Origin: Octopus sinensis
Taxonomy: Eukaryota
Assembly: GCF_006345805.1 (NCBI RefSeq)
Contig: NC_043023.1
Location: forward strand, 4,960,001-5,024,000
Direction: 5' to 3'
DNA length: 64,000 bases
Shown here: positions 37,402 through 50,243 of the stretch, one piece after another
How positions within the stretch are numbered: position 1 is the stretch's first letter
How the letters are laid out: every line of letters begins with the position of its first letter
Translations under genes and position numbers: made by a program
Notes under the pieces: generated by a model
Databases searched by the model: none
Seen by the model: only the letters and a program-made list of their open reading frames with translations
Told to the model about the DNA's origin: nothing

Positions 37402-37790
37402 CATCATCATCTTTTAACGTCCGTTTTCCGCGCTAGCACGGGTTGGACGGTTCTGATCTGGCAGTGTTTCTACAGCTGGATGCCCTTCCTAACGCCAACC
37501 ACTCTGCGAATGTAGTGGGTGCTTTTTACGTGCCACCTGCACAGGTGCCAGAGGGGTCTGGCATCGGCCACGATCGGTTGGTGTTTTTTTTTTTATGTGC
37601 CACCGGCACGGACGCCAGTCAAGGCGGTGCTGGCATCGGCCACATTCGGATGGTGCTTCTTATGTGCCACCGGCACAGAAGCCAGTCGGGGCGGTGCTGG
37701 CATCGGCCACGTTCGGATGGTGCTTTATATGTGCCACCGGCACAGAAGCCATTCGAGGCGGGGTTGGCATCAGTCACGTTCGGATGGTGC
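37402..37790 (-). mobile_element. RTE 3' UTR fragment
   Basis: Reverse copy with tandem units. Confidence 0.82.
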
Positions 37791-38574
37791 TGTAGACGTA
37801 TTTGTATTTGAAACATTGTGACTCTCGGTGCTGGCTCAAATGTTTATAGAAAATCTTAAGAAATGACTTTCAAAAATGATGATAATAACACTGTAACATG
37901 ATTTTTGTCCTTGGGCGGCAACTGTTATTTCTTGTTTGCTTACTCCTAGAAAGTATGGGAGATGGCTGATATTTACATCAGACTTTGCTTTTGTTTATAT
38001 TTATTCAAACCTTAAAGAATCCCTCTCAGCACATGGCTATGATGCTGCCCAACTACTCCTGCTCATGATCAGAGATGCACATATTGTCAGTTACTAAGGG
38101 ACATGCTCAAGTGGTTATGGTCAAGCAAATGACAAGCAAATCTGTGGTATTGAGCAGAATATTTGCTATAATGTGATTTCTGCTGAATCTGTCTGAAATT
38201 TAATGGAAAATAGGTGAGTTTCAAAACATTGATCTCCATCCAGATCACAAAAGCAAAGTTTGAAGGGGAAAGTCATTTGCTTTGATTTCTAGTTGGAAGC
38301 AAATAGGAAATGACACTTAACGAGCAAATACACAAAAAAAATTAAAATTTTGTTCTGGAATGTATTAATAATTGTTTCTAATTGAAGCAGAAACCTTGAA
38401 AGTTGGAGATATAGGATTAGTGATTTACATTGAGCCTATTATCAGAGTGGTACTTTATTTTATGGGCCCTGGAGGGATGAAAGACAAAGTAGATCAAGGC
38501 AACACAAATGCACCAAAGCATTTTTTTCAATGCTTCAATAATTTATGCCCTTAATTACGATGATTATGTTAATA

Positions 38575-38791
38575 ATAATCCTTTCTACTCAAGGCACAAG
38601 GCCTCAAACTTTTGGGTAGGGGACTAGTCAGTTGCATCCCACCCCCCGTTTCACTGGTACTTTATTTATCGATCTCAAAAGGATGAAAGGCAAAGTCAAC
38701 CTTGGTGGAATTTGAACTCAGAACACAGCGACAGGTGAAATACTGGTAAGCATTTCGTCCAGTGTGCTAACGATTCTGCCAGCTCACCGCC
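38575..38791 (-). mobile_element. Diverged SINE of the 44510 family
   Basis: Same head (CCAGCTCACCGCC) and AAAGGCAAAGTC domain. Confidence 0.7.
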
Positions 38792-38801
38792 TTAATAATA
38801 A

Positions 38802-39092
38802 TCATCATCATCATCATCATCATTTAGCGTCCGTTCTCCATGCTAGCATGGGTTGGACGGTTCGACCGGGGATCTGGGAAGCCAGAAGGCTGCACCAGGC
38901 TCCAGTCTTATCTGGCAGTGTTTCTACAGCTGGATGCCCTTCCTAACGCCAACCACTCCGTGAGTGTAGTGGGTGCTTTTTACGTGCCACCTGCACATGT
39001 GCCAGGCGAGGCTGGCAACGGCCATGGTCGGATTGGTGTATTTTACGTGCCACCGGCACGGAAGCCAGTCGAGGCGGCGCTGGCATCGGCCA
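38802..39092 (-). mobile_element. RTE 3' UTR fragment
   Basis: Reverse copy. Confidence 0.85.
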
Positions 39093-39437
39093 ATAATAAT
39101 AGTAGTAGTAGTAGTAGTAATAATAGTTATAATATTGATTTCCAATTTTGTCACAAGAGGGAGTAAGTCAACTACATTGATCCCAGTGGTCAATTGGTAC
39201 TTATTTTATCAACATGGAGAGGATGAAAGGCAAAGTTGATCTCGGCAGCATTTGGTCTCAATGTTTGGACGGATGAATTGCTGCTAAGCATTTTGCCTGG
39301 CATTGCTAATGGTTTTGTCAACTTGCCATCCTAAAAGCAGAGTTGATGTTGGTGGGATTTGAACTTAGAATGAAAACAGACGAAATGCTGCTGAACACTT
39401 TTCCTGGTATGCTAACAATTCTGCCAGGTCACTACCT

Positions 39438-39828
39438 TTATAATAATAATAATAACAACGATAATAATAATAATAACGATAATAATAATAGTAATAGTAA
39501 TAATAATAATAATAATAGTAATAGTAATAACGATGATAATAATAATAGTAATAATAATAATAATGATAATAACGATGATAATAATAATAATAACGATAAT
39601 AATAATAATAATAACGATGATAATAATAATAATAACGATAATAATAATAATAATAACGATAATAGTAATAATAATAGTAATAATAATAATTATAATAGTA
39701 ATAGTAATAATAATAATAACGATGATAATAATAATAACAATAATAATAATAATGATAATAATATTAATAATAACGATAATAATAACAATAATAATAGTAA
39801 TAATAATAATAACGATAATAATAATAAT
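39438..39828. repeat. (AAT)n microsatellite with AACGAT/AGT variants
   Basis: Direct. Confidence 0.95.
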
Positions 39829-39980
39829 TGTTGATAAGAAAAAAAACTTTATTTTTGTTTTGTATATTTTCAATAATATATCTTTCCTGTTTTTATTTCC
39901 CATGACCACCCACATGGACACATCACTTTTGCTGCTCTGTCTATTACCACTGCCATTGTCATTGTTGTCATGGTCACCAG

Positions 39981-40143
39981 ACAGAATAAGAATCTAAGAG
40001 AAGCGCTGCAGAAAGCCATACAGAGGAAGGAGGAGAAGCTGAAAGAGCGGCAGCTGCTTCTGGGCACCTTGAAAGACTCTGCATCTAACAGCACCAAGAC
40101 AATCAACACTGTCATCAAGAATTACTCGGACATTTTGCAAGAG
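39981..40143 (+). CDS. NUF2: NUF2 coding exon 10 (QNKNLREALQKAIQRKEEKLKERQ...DILQE)
   Basis: accag| and GAG|gtgagt, 163 nt, phase 2-0. Confidence 0.85.
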
Positions 40144-40267
40144 GTGAGTTACAGAGCAGGGGAAAAGGACAAGTGTGTCTCGGTGAGAGAACGAGATGTT
40201 TTGGCACTGACCTTATTTGACCTCAGGTGTTTTAGTGGTTTCTTTGCTCTCTCTCTCTCTCTCTCTC

Positions 40268-40698
40268 TCTTACTTGTTTCAGTCATTTGACTGCGACCAT
40301 GCTGGAGCACCGCCTTTAGTCGAGCAAATCGATCCCAGGACTTATTCTTTGTAAGCCCAGTACCTATTCTATCAGTCTCTTGCTGAACTGCTAAGTTACG
40401 GGGACGTAAACACACCAGCATCGGTTGTCAAGCGATGTTGGGGAGACAAATACAGACACACAAACATATACACACACACACACATATATATATGTATATA
40501 TATATATATATTATTTATATATATACACACATATATACGACGGGCTTCTTTCAGTTTCCGTCTACCAAATCCACTCACAAGACTTTGGTCGGCCCAAGGC
40601 TATAGTGGAAGACACTTGCCCAAAGTGCCACGCAGTGGGACTGAACCCGGAACCATGTGGTTGGCAAGCAAGCTACTTACCACACAGCCATTCCTGCG
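40268..40698 (-). mobile_element. SINE family A
   Basis: Reverse copy. Confidence 0.85.
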
Positions 40699-41131
40699 CT
40701 CTATGTATGAAGAGGGAAAAAGTGATTATGTCAGTCATGTTCAGTTTAATAAATTGTAATTCTCTCTCTTTCTCACTCAGTATATCTTTTTAGCTATTTA
40801 CTTGTTTCAGCCATTGGACTGTGGCCATGCTGGAGCATCATCTTTTTAGTTGAATGAATCAACTTCCAACACCTTTTTTTCTTTTTCAAAGCCTGGTACT
40901 TATTTTATCAGCCTCTGTTGCTGAACTGCTAAGTTACAGGGACATACATAACTCAACACAAGTCATCAAGTGGTGGTCAGAAACAAACACTGACACAAAC
41001 ACACATGTGCGCACGCACACACTACAGGCTTCTTTCAGTTTCCATCTCCAAAATCCACTCACAAGACTTTGGTCAGCTTGAGGCTGTATTAGAAGACATT
41101 TACCCTGGAGTGCCTGCATATATATATATAT

Positions 41132-42929
41132 ATATATAAATAAAAGGAAATGAAGAAAATGCTGACAAAATAATTTAAGTAATTTAATTAGGTGAAAGTT
41201 CTTTTTACCGGTTGCGCATTTGTTATGCTTATCAAAAGTTTTTTTCTCTTATCTGACTTTATGTTGGGTTTCCTGTCTCTTATATGTGAAAAAAGAGGCT
41301 CCAGAGTTGTTTAAGATTTGCTTGGTTTCGCGCCTAAAATTTCTTGTGGACAATGGTCAATATAATTTTGATTGGTCATTATGAAGGGGTCATGTGAATG
41401 TTTGAATGGAAGTTGGTGTTGGGGTAAGAAAAAAGGCTCCAGAGAAGTTAAAATTTGGCTAGTGTCACGCCTAAAATTTCTTATTGGTCATAATAAAGAG
41501 GTCACATGGATGTGGTCATAATAGAGAGGTCACGTGAATGTTTAGAATTTTCGAAAATAGCTTTGTTGAGAATTCCTATTGTTCAGGCTGGTCAGTAGAT
41601 GTCATGTGGATATTTTAAATAGCTTTTTAATGTGTAGTTAGGGAGTGTATTTTCCGCTTGACTGAATTTGAGCTGGATAAGTAAGTTCATTTAGGACAGG
41701 AAGAGCTATATGTATGTATGTATGTGTGCGCGCGCGTGTGTGGTGTGTGTGTGTTTATATGTATGTTGGGGGGTGTATATATGTGTGCGTGTGTGGGTAC
41801 AATTTTCAATATTTATAGTTCTGCTGGCCTTGTGCCTGTATCGAGAAGCAACGTGTTTGTGTGAAGTCAATATTTACAGTCATTTCCAAAAAATAGTGTT
41901 GGATGTTTTGCACTCGTATCCAATTATGTGTATGTGTGGAACCATATATTTGCGTGTGTCATGGTGTTAATATCTGGGTAAAAGTGTGTGTAGGGTGTGT
42001 GCAGGTGTAAGTGTGTTTGTTGTGGGTTCGTGTTAGGGGGATGTGTTTAGAAGTGGTCTGTATTTATTAATAGGTGGGATTCCATGGTTATTCGCTGGGT
42101 ATGAGTGGCATTGTCTTTAAATTTGTAGAGGGGAAAGATTCTAAAATTGGGATGAAGTTGTGCGGCACAGGTATCAATATGTGCACTAAGTGCTATTTTT
42201 CTGTAAACCTGTATTTTTATTTACAGCAGAACTATAAATATTGAAAATTGTACCCACACACGCACACACATATATACACGCCCCAACATACAGCGCCCCA
42301 ACATACATATAAACACACACACACGCGCGCACACATACATACATATAGCTCTTCCTGTCCTAAATGAACTTACTTATCCAGCTCAAATTCAGTCAAGCGG
42401 AAAATACACTCCCTAACTACACACTAAAAAGCTATTTAAAATATCCACATGACATCTACTGACCAGCCTGAACAATAGGAATTCTCAACAAAGCTATTTT
42501 CGAAAATTCTAAACATTCACGTGACCTCTCTATTATGACCACATCCATGTGACCTCTTTATTATGACCAATAAGAAATTTTAGGCGTGACACTAGCCAAA
42601 TTTTAACTTCTCTGGAGCCTTTTTTCTTACCCCAACACCAACTTCCATTCAAACATTCACATGACCCCTTCATAATGACCAATCAAAATTATATTGACCA
42701 TTGTCCACAAGAAATTTTAGGCACGAAACCAAGCAAATCTTAAACAACTCTGGAGCCTCTTTTTTCACATATAAGAGACAGGAAACCCAACATAAAGTCA
42801 GATAAGAGAAAAAAACTTTTGATAAGCATAACAAATGCGCAACCGGTAAAAAGAACTTTCACCTAATTAAATTACTTAAATTACTTAAATTATTTTGTCA
42901 GCATTTTCTTCATTTCCTTTTTTATATAT
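41132..42929. repeat. Near-perfect inverted repeat of about 700 bp (41132-41826 / 42224-42929), probably inverted PLE pLTRs
   Basis: Direct reverse-complement match, (TA)n flanks, degenerate hammerhead in each arm. Confidence 0.9.
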
Positions 42930-42974
42930 CACAACTCGTGTTCCACATCTCCTTTTTTAGATATATATATATAT

Positions 42975-43519
42975 GCCACTTATGTGTACCTTTCCTTCAT
43001 TGGACACTAAACTCTGCTTGCAAAGACCTGTTGAGGCAAGTATAATTGAAATTAAATTTGATGACTGGCATCCATGCTAGTGGAGCGCTTAGAGCACCAT
43101 CCGAGCGTGATCATTGCCAGAGCAGCTAACTGGCTTCCGTGCCGGTAGCATGTACAAAGCACCATTCGAGCGTGATCGTTACCAGCGCCGCCTTACTGGC
43201 ACTTGTGCAGGTGGCACATGAAACAACATTCAAGCAAGGTCGTTGCCAGTGCCACTGGATTGGCTCCGGTGCAGGTGGCACGTAAAAAACACCATCTGAG
43301 TGTGGCCGTTGCCAGTACCGCTTGACTGGCCCTTGTGCCGGTAGCACATAAAAGCACCCACTACACTCTCGGAGTGGTTGGCGTTAGGAAGGGCATCCAG
43401 CTGTAGAAACTCTGCCAGATCAAGATTGGAGCCTGGTGCAGCCATCTGGTTCGCCGGACCTCAGTCAATTCGTCCAACCCATGCTAGCATGGAAAGCGGA
43501 CGTTAAACGATGATGATGA
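42975..43519 (+). mobile_element. RTE 3' UTR fragment
   Basis: Complete 3' UTR-like copy with (GAT)n tail. Confidence 0.85.
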
Positions 43520-43541
43520 TATATATATATATATATATATA

Positions 43542-43712
43542 GGCGCAGGAGTGGCTGTGTGGTAAGTAGCTTGTTTACCAACCACATGGTTCCGGGTTCA
43601 GTCCCACTGCATGGAATCTTGGGCAAGTGTCTTCTGCTATAGCCTCGGGCCGACCAAAGCCTTGTGAGTGGATTTGGTAGACGGAAACTGAAAGAAGCCT
43701 GTCGTATATATG

Positions 43713-43751
<39 letters not shown>

Positions 43752-43940
43752 TTGTCCCCCTAGCATTGATTGACAACCGATGCTGGTGTGTTTACGTCCC
43801 CGCCACTTAGCGGTTCGGCAAAAGAGACCGATAGAATAAGTACTGGGCTTACAAAGAATAAGTCCCGGGGTCGATTTGCTCGACTAAAGGTGGTGCTCCA
43901 GCATGGCTGCAGTCAAATGACTGAAACAAGTAAAAGAGTA
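43542..43940 (+). mobile_element. SINE family A
   Basis: Full-length copy. Confidence 0.88.
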
Positions 43941-44509
43941 ATATATATATATGACAGGCTTCTTTCAGTTTCCATCTCCCAAATCCACTCACAAGGTTTT
44001 GGTCAGCCTGAGGCTAGAGCAGAAGGCACTTGCCCAAGATGCTGTGCAATAGGACTGAACCTGATACATGCAGTTGGGTAGCAATCTTCTTACTACACAG
44101 CTATGCCTGTGCCTTGTCTATATTGCTCATGTACCATACACTTATGTGTGTGTGTGGGTGTGCCTCCAGTACCAAAAAGTACTGTTGCCAAAGCAGGTTC
44201 TATGGTCAGTCAGCTGTGCCACTTTACCACCTTCCAAACTGCTGCATCCAATCATCACATTCCATCTTAGAGAATAACAATCTTTGCTCTTTTGCTCTTT
44301 GTTTTAGCCAACTGAGACAATGCTAGCGCACTGTTGAAGAATTTAACCAATTCAATGCTTCCCCACCACTCCCACTTATTTTTAAGTCTGCCAAGACAGA
44401 CACAGTAGCCTGGTGTAATCTTCTACCTGGCTGGCTCCTGTCAAACTGTCCAACCCATGCCAGCATGGAAGATGCCAAATTGTATAGTTATGAGGTAAAT
44501 AAATCATAA

Positions 44510-44740
44510 GGCGGCGAGCTTGGCAGAAACGTTAGCCCGCTGGGCGAAATGCGTAGCCGTATTTCGTCTGCCGCTACGTTCTGGGTTCAAATTCCGCCGA
44601 GGTGGACTTTACTTTTCATCCTTTCGGGGTCGATAAATTAAGTACCAGTTACGCACTGGGGTCGATATAATCGACTTAATCAGTTTGTCTGTCCTTGTTC
44701 GTCCCCTCTGTGTTTAGCCCCTTGTGGGTAATAAAGAAAT
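44510..44740 (+). mobile_element. Full-length SINE of the same family as 3102-3520
   Basis: 17-bp TSD AGGTAAATAAATCATAA at 44493-44509 and 44741-44757. Confidence 0.9.
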
Positions 44741-45073
44741 AGGTAAATAAATCATAACATAATTGGCAGATCTAAATTTATTGTCCAGTTTAACATGACC
44801 ACAACCTGAGTATTGAGAGGGTGACAGTGGGACCCACAAGGGCTCTAGTGTGAAAATATCCTTCTCCGCCTTCCCTTTTATTTATCTGTTTTAGAGACTT
44901 TGAAAAGGGGAGTAAGTGGGAGCAGTTCTTCCATCTTTGATTAAGTCACGAGTATGATTGCTTCATTCCTTGTCTACCAGTATTATGCAATGACCCCCAA
45001 ACACATGCATGACTAATGTTGCAGAACAAACCCAAATATGTATGCACACTCATGAAAACACATGTATGTACAA

Positions 45074-45452
45074 CTAGCAGTATCGCCCGGCGTTGCTCGG
45101 GTTTGTAAGGGAAATAACTCTATAAGCATTTTTAGAGATGTAAAGTATAATAGCCATCTCAATATGGCTAACCACAAAGGAGGGGGTTACTGTAGCTTTT
45201 TACGTTCTGAGATTTAATAATACATTTTTAGAGAGTTACTTCCCTTATATAATAGCAAAAAAATGCATTAAAAATGGGAAAAAATGATGGTAAATTTTTT
45301 TTTTAATCGTAGACTCATCGTAGACGCGCGCTAATACCCAGAAGGGCTCGATATGAATCACGACTATAAGATACTGCACCGCAAAATGTGGGAGTAGTTA
45401 GGAATCTAAATCGCAGGAGACAGACACACAACTTCACTTTTATATATAAAGA
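45074..45452 (-). mobile_element. Non-autonomous Helitron (same family as 28206)
   Basis: 5' TC, 3' hairpin plus CTAG, inserted between A and T. Confidence 0.85.
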
Positions 45453-45624
45453 TGTGGTCTGAAACCCTTGTTGTCATAACTGACAGAGTACCAGTGTCCT
45501 TGAACAAAACCCTTTATTTCACATTGCTCCAATCCAGTCGGCTGGTAGAAATGAGTCGTACCTGCAATTCAAAGGGGCCAGCCTTGTCCCGTTCTGTGTC
45601 GGCATGGTTTGGTTTCCCAGGGAT

Positions 45625-46575
45625 CTGATAAAAAAATTCATCAGTACTTCTCTTGATCGTTCCCAGGGCACCTTGAATGGTTTTGATTTTTAATTGCTAC
45701 GTCCTGGATATCTCAATCTCTAGGTCCTTATATTTTTAGAGTTTTTCAAATTCCTTTGCTGAGATGTTTCTATCAGTAGACACTGCCATATCAACTAACA
45801 GCCATGTTTTTGTCTTATGTCTTTGATGATTATGTCTGGTCTGTTAGCATTTATTTACCTGTCTGTATGTATCCCATAATCTCATAGGATGGTAACATTC
45901 TCTCCATCAGTGACTGACTCTGGATGATGTTCATGCCAGTTCTTAGAGTGTGGGATATCATAGTGACGGCATATACTCCAGTGCAAGTATTGGCTAATTT
46001 GATCATGCCTGGTTTTATATTCTGTAGGGACAAGAACTGAGTAACCAGCAACAATGTGGTCAATATTCTGAAATTTGTCATTGCAGAGTTTACTCTTTGT
46101 GTCTACCTCATTCTGTGCGACATTAGCTTGATAATTTTTGTTTTTGTTGTTTGTTTCTTCTCAAGCCATGCCTAGCTCATAAGGGCCGGTTTCCCGGTTT
46201 CTTGTCATATAGGTTCCCCACTTGGATGGGACGTCGGTCCGTTGCAGGTGAGCTGCAAGATGCAGGAGGAAAGAGTGAGAGGAAGTTGTGGCGTAAGAGT
46301 CAGCAGAAGTTCACCATTACCTTCTGCCGGAGCCGCGTGGAGCTTAAGTGTTTCGCTCATAAACATACACATCACCCGGTCTGAGATCCAAACCCGCGAT
46401 CCCTCGACTGCGAGTCTGCTGCTCTAACCACTAGGCCATGTGCCTCCGCATCTTGATAATTCTGAGTGAGGATACTCTGATCTTGTGTGACTAAGATAAA
46501 TCCTTTGGTTTCTGCTTTCAAGCCAATACTCTGCAGCCACCAATGGGTTCTTCTCAATTCTACATCAGTTTCCAC
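45625..46575 (-). mobile_element. R4/NeSL-like (RLE) non-LTR retrotransposon C-terminal remnant
   Basis: WLQSIGLKAETKGFILVTQDQS, NRPDII and KYKDLEIEI fragments. Confidence 0.7.
46138..46452 (-). mobile_element. tRNA-derived SINE inserted into a LINE remnant
   Basis: tRNA-like head at 46450, (CAA)-rich tail, flanked by TTGATAATT duplication. Confidence 0.72.
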
Positions 46576-46767
46576 AGTTCAAATTCCACCGAGGTCGACT
46601 TTGCCTTTCAAGCTTTCAGGGTTGATAAAATAAGTACCAGTTGAACACTGGGGTCAAGGTAATCAACTCATCTCCTCCTGCAAAACTGCTGCCCTTGTGG
46701 CAAAATCTGAAACCATCATTATTATTATTATTATTATCATTATTTTTATTGTTTTTTATTATTACAG

Positions 46768-46815
46768 TTGGATAAATACCATCTCCTTCTAAAGAAGAAC
46801 TTGGTTGTGGATTAA
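46768..46815 (+). CDS. NUF2: NUF2 last coding exon (LDKYHLLLKKNLVVD*)
   Basis: ttacag| acceptor, phase 0. LDKYH resembles the Nuf2 C-terminal LEKYH. Total CDS 1314 nt = 437 aa plus stop. Confidence 0.82.
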   Translation: MDKYHLLLKKNLVVD

Positions 46816-47787
46816 GGAGGTCATTCTTAGTTTCCCGATACCAACATGTACCACCACTGCTAGTACGACTACTGCTGCTGCTACCACCCGTACCACCTGT
46901 TTCTGAAGAAGACCAAATGAGCTGACCACTGCTACAATCACAACACCACTACCACTATATCTACTACTACTACTACTACATCAAAGATATCATTTTGAAA
47001 TTGTAGATATTTCTTAATATGTGTGTGTGTATATAATCATCTTTCCATGCTGGCATGGGACATAAATGCTTATGTGGGTGGAGATACATGTGTGTGTGTG
47101 TATTTGGATTGATATCCAAGAGTAGAATAGTGTAATTTTTTTTATTATAACACCATCATAAATTACATAATTGTTACTTGTTCCACTAACGATTGCTAGT
47201 AGATTATGCAGTAACCATTCCATGGAAATGTTAGATTTTCAGAAGAAATCAGTCATTCAGCCTGTTTTTATTTACCAATGTCAGTTAGTTGGCAGTGAAT
47301 AGAATTTAAGAGAGTGAACTTTTGACAGAAGATTATTTTTTATTTTATCAGTGAAAAAATGAGAGAAAGAAGTAAGGAGGAGTGTTGTAAGTCAAGATGT
47401 CTTAGGAGTAAAAGAAAGCCAAGTCCCTAAGCTGTCATAGTTAACAATGATAAATGGTTTAGATCAGTGATTCTTGACCCTTTTTTTAACTTAATGCCAT
47501 TAAATGTAGTAAACGTAGTTTTATAATTGCTTCTTTCAAAATTCCTATTTTGTTTTTCACACATTAAGTTGGTCCACGGAAAACAGAAAAAGAAACATAC
47601 ATCGAAAGCAAAATTCTTTTCAGTGACCCTTAAAATACTACTGTAAATCCCCAATTTGCTGTCCTGCTTGCATAGACCTCCTCTGATTATTATTTTATTC
47701 TCTTGGACCCCTGCCCCAGAGCCATTCAATGTTTAAAAACTAGTTTTAGAGGTGCTCCTTTCAAAATAACTGTTTTATCTTTCATAT

Positions 47788-48180
47788 ACTCTTACTCTTT
47801 ACTCTTTTACTTGTTTCAGTCATTTGACTGCGGCCATACTGGAGCACCGCCTTTAGTCGAGCAAATCAACCCCAGGACTTATTCTTTGTAAGCCCAGTAC
47901 TTATTCTATCGATCTCTTTTGCCGAACCGCTAAGTGACGGGGACAACCAGCATCGGTTGTCAAGCAATGCTAGGGGGACAAACACAGACACACACACTTA
48001 TATATATATACATATATACGACAGGCTTCTTTCAGTTTCCGTCTACCAAATTCACTCACAAGGCATTGGTCGGCCTGGGGCTATAGCAGAAGACACTTGC
48101 CCAAGATGCCACGCAGTGGGACTGAACCCGGAACCATGTGGTTGGTTAGCAAGCTACTTACCACACAGCCACTCCTGCAC
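47788..48180 (-). mobile_element. SINE family A
   Basis: Full-length reverse copy. Confidence 0.88.
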
Positions 48181-48499
48181 CTATGTTCACTTGTGTAGGT
48201 TTGTAAATAGTTTCCTTTGAGAGAATCTGTTTCTGTGGCTGGAAAAACGTTGAAAGATGCAGCTTTTCTTTATCTTTTATCATTTTACTTGTTTCAGTCA
48301 TTTGAATGCAGCCATGCTGGAGCACTGCTTTGAAGGGTTTTAGTTGACCAAATCAATCACAGGACTCATTTATTCTAAAACTGGGTACTTATTCTATCAG
48401 TCTATCTTATCAAACTGCTAAGTTACTGGAACAGAACCACACCAGCACTGGCTGTCCAGTGGCGGTTGGGGGACAAATACAGACACAAACACACACACA

Positions 48500-48817
48500 G
48501 CGTGATCGTTACCTGCGCACCTGTGCTGGTGGCACGTGAAAAACATTCAAAGCGAGGTTGTTGCCAGTGCCACTGGACTGGCTCCTGTGCAAGTGGCACA
48601 TAAAAAACACCATCTGAGCGTGGCCGTTGCCAGTACCGCCTGATTGGCACTCGTGCCAGTGGCGCGTAAGAGCACCCACTACACTCTCGGAGTGGTTGGT
48701 GTAGAAACTCTGTCAGATCAGATTGGAGTCTGGTGCAGCCATCTGGTCCGCCAGTCCTCAGTCAAATCGTCCAACCCATGCTAGCATGGAAAGCGGACGT
48801 TAAATGATGATGATGAT
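48500..48817 (+). mobile_element. RTE 3' UTR fragment inserted into a reverse family A SINE (48280-48992)
   Basis: SINE halves flank it at the central microsatellite. Confidence 0.78.
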
Positions 48818-49327
48818 GTTATATACATATATATATGTGATGGGCTTCTTTCAGTTTCCATCAGCCAAATCCATTCACAATGCGTTGGTCAGCCTGAGGC
48901 TACAATAGAAGACACTAGCCCAAAATGCCATGCAGTGGGGCTGAAACCAGAACCATGTGGTTGGGAAGCAAGCTTCTTACCACATAGCCACACTTCAGAA
49001 AGAAATCCAGCTGTTTCTTACTATAAGAAAGTAAGTAGAATGCTACTGGATGACAAACTGTGGTGAGGATGTTATTCCATGTGTCCCAATCCGTGGTACC
49101 GGCCCTGGCATGCTTTAGGTTGAAGTGCTGTGACTTCCAGTCTTCCTTCACTTGGTTCACCCATGTCTTCTTTGCTGCTCTGCACTGGATTCTCCAATGA
49201 GTGAGTCACTGCTACCACAAAGGGGCTCGTCCTGCAGGTGTGGCCAAACCACCAGCCTGTCTTACCATTCTTGGTTCTCAGTGGTCACTGTTGCTGGCAC
49301 TGTTCTCGGATGTTCTTGTAGTTCTTT

Positions 49328-49711
49328 TCCTTGTTTCAGTCATTTGACTGTGGCCATGCTGGAGCACCACCTTAGAAGGTTTTAGCTGAAGAAATCGATC
49401 CCAGAACTTATTCTTTGTAAACCTAGTATTTATTCTATCAGTCTCTTTAGCTGAACCGCTAAATTATGAGGGCGTAAACATACCAGCAGTGAAAGTCATG
49501 CAATGGTGGTGGTGAGGACACGGGGACACACACACACACACATATATATATACGACAGGCTTCTTTCAGTTTCCGTCTACCAAATCCACTCACAAGGCTT
49601 TGGTTGGCCCGAGGCTATAGTAGAAGACACATGGCCCAACGTGCCACGCAGTGGGACTGAACCCAGAACCATGTGGTTGGTAAGCAAGCTACTTACCACA
49701 CAGCCACTCCT
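49328..49711 (-). mobile_element. SINE family A
   Basis: Reverse copy. Confidence 0.82.
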
Positions 49712-50243
49712 ACATATATAACTTTTTATTTTTCTATCCCTACCACATGTGTAAATATGCACACATCTATGAAAGCTTAAATATGTGTTCTCATATATAC
49801 TCATATCTATCTCTACACAACCATATACACATACACTGAACTCCAAAAAATAATGATAATGAAATATATTTGGCAGACCCTTTTCTGCATTCTCTACATT
49901 GCTCCCCAGGCCTGCCCTCACTCACCTGCTCCCTGTTTCATTGCTGTATGGTTGTCCCTCCTACTTTTTCTAGATGCCCACATTTCACTAGTCACTGCAT
50001 TCCCCACCTCCACACTCTTTGCATTCATGTAAAGTCCCTACTCCCTATTCATGCATTGTTGCCAATACTCTACCATCCCATTTATATTATAATTCCCAGG
50101 AGTGGCTGTGTGGTAAGTAGCTTGTTTACCAACCACATAGTTCCGGGTTCAGTCCCACTGCAAGTGTCTTCTGCTATAGCCTCGGGCCGACCAAAGCCTT
50201 GTGAGTGGATTTGGTAGGCGGAAACTGAAAGAAGCCCGTCGTA

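Noticed and set aside
37945-38220. Extra NUF2 exon between exons 9 and 10
   Set aside because: Splice-like sites exist but frames are closed, and exons 9 and 10 already join in phase.
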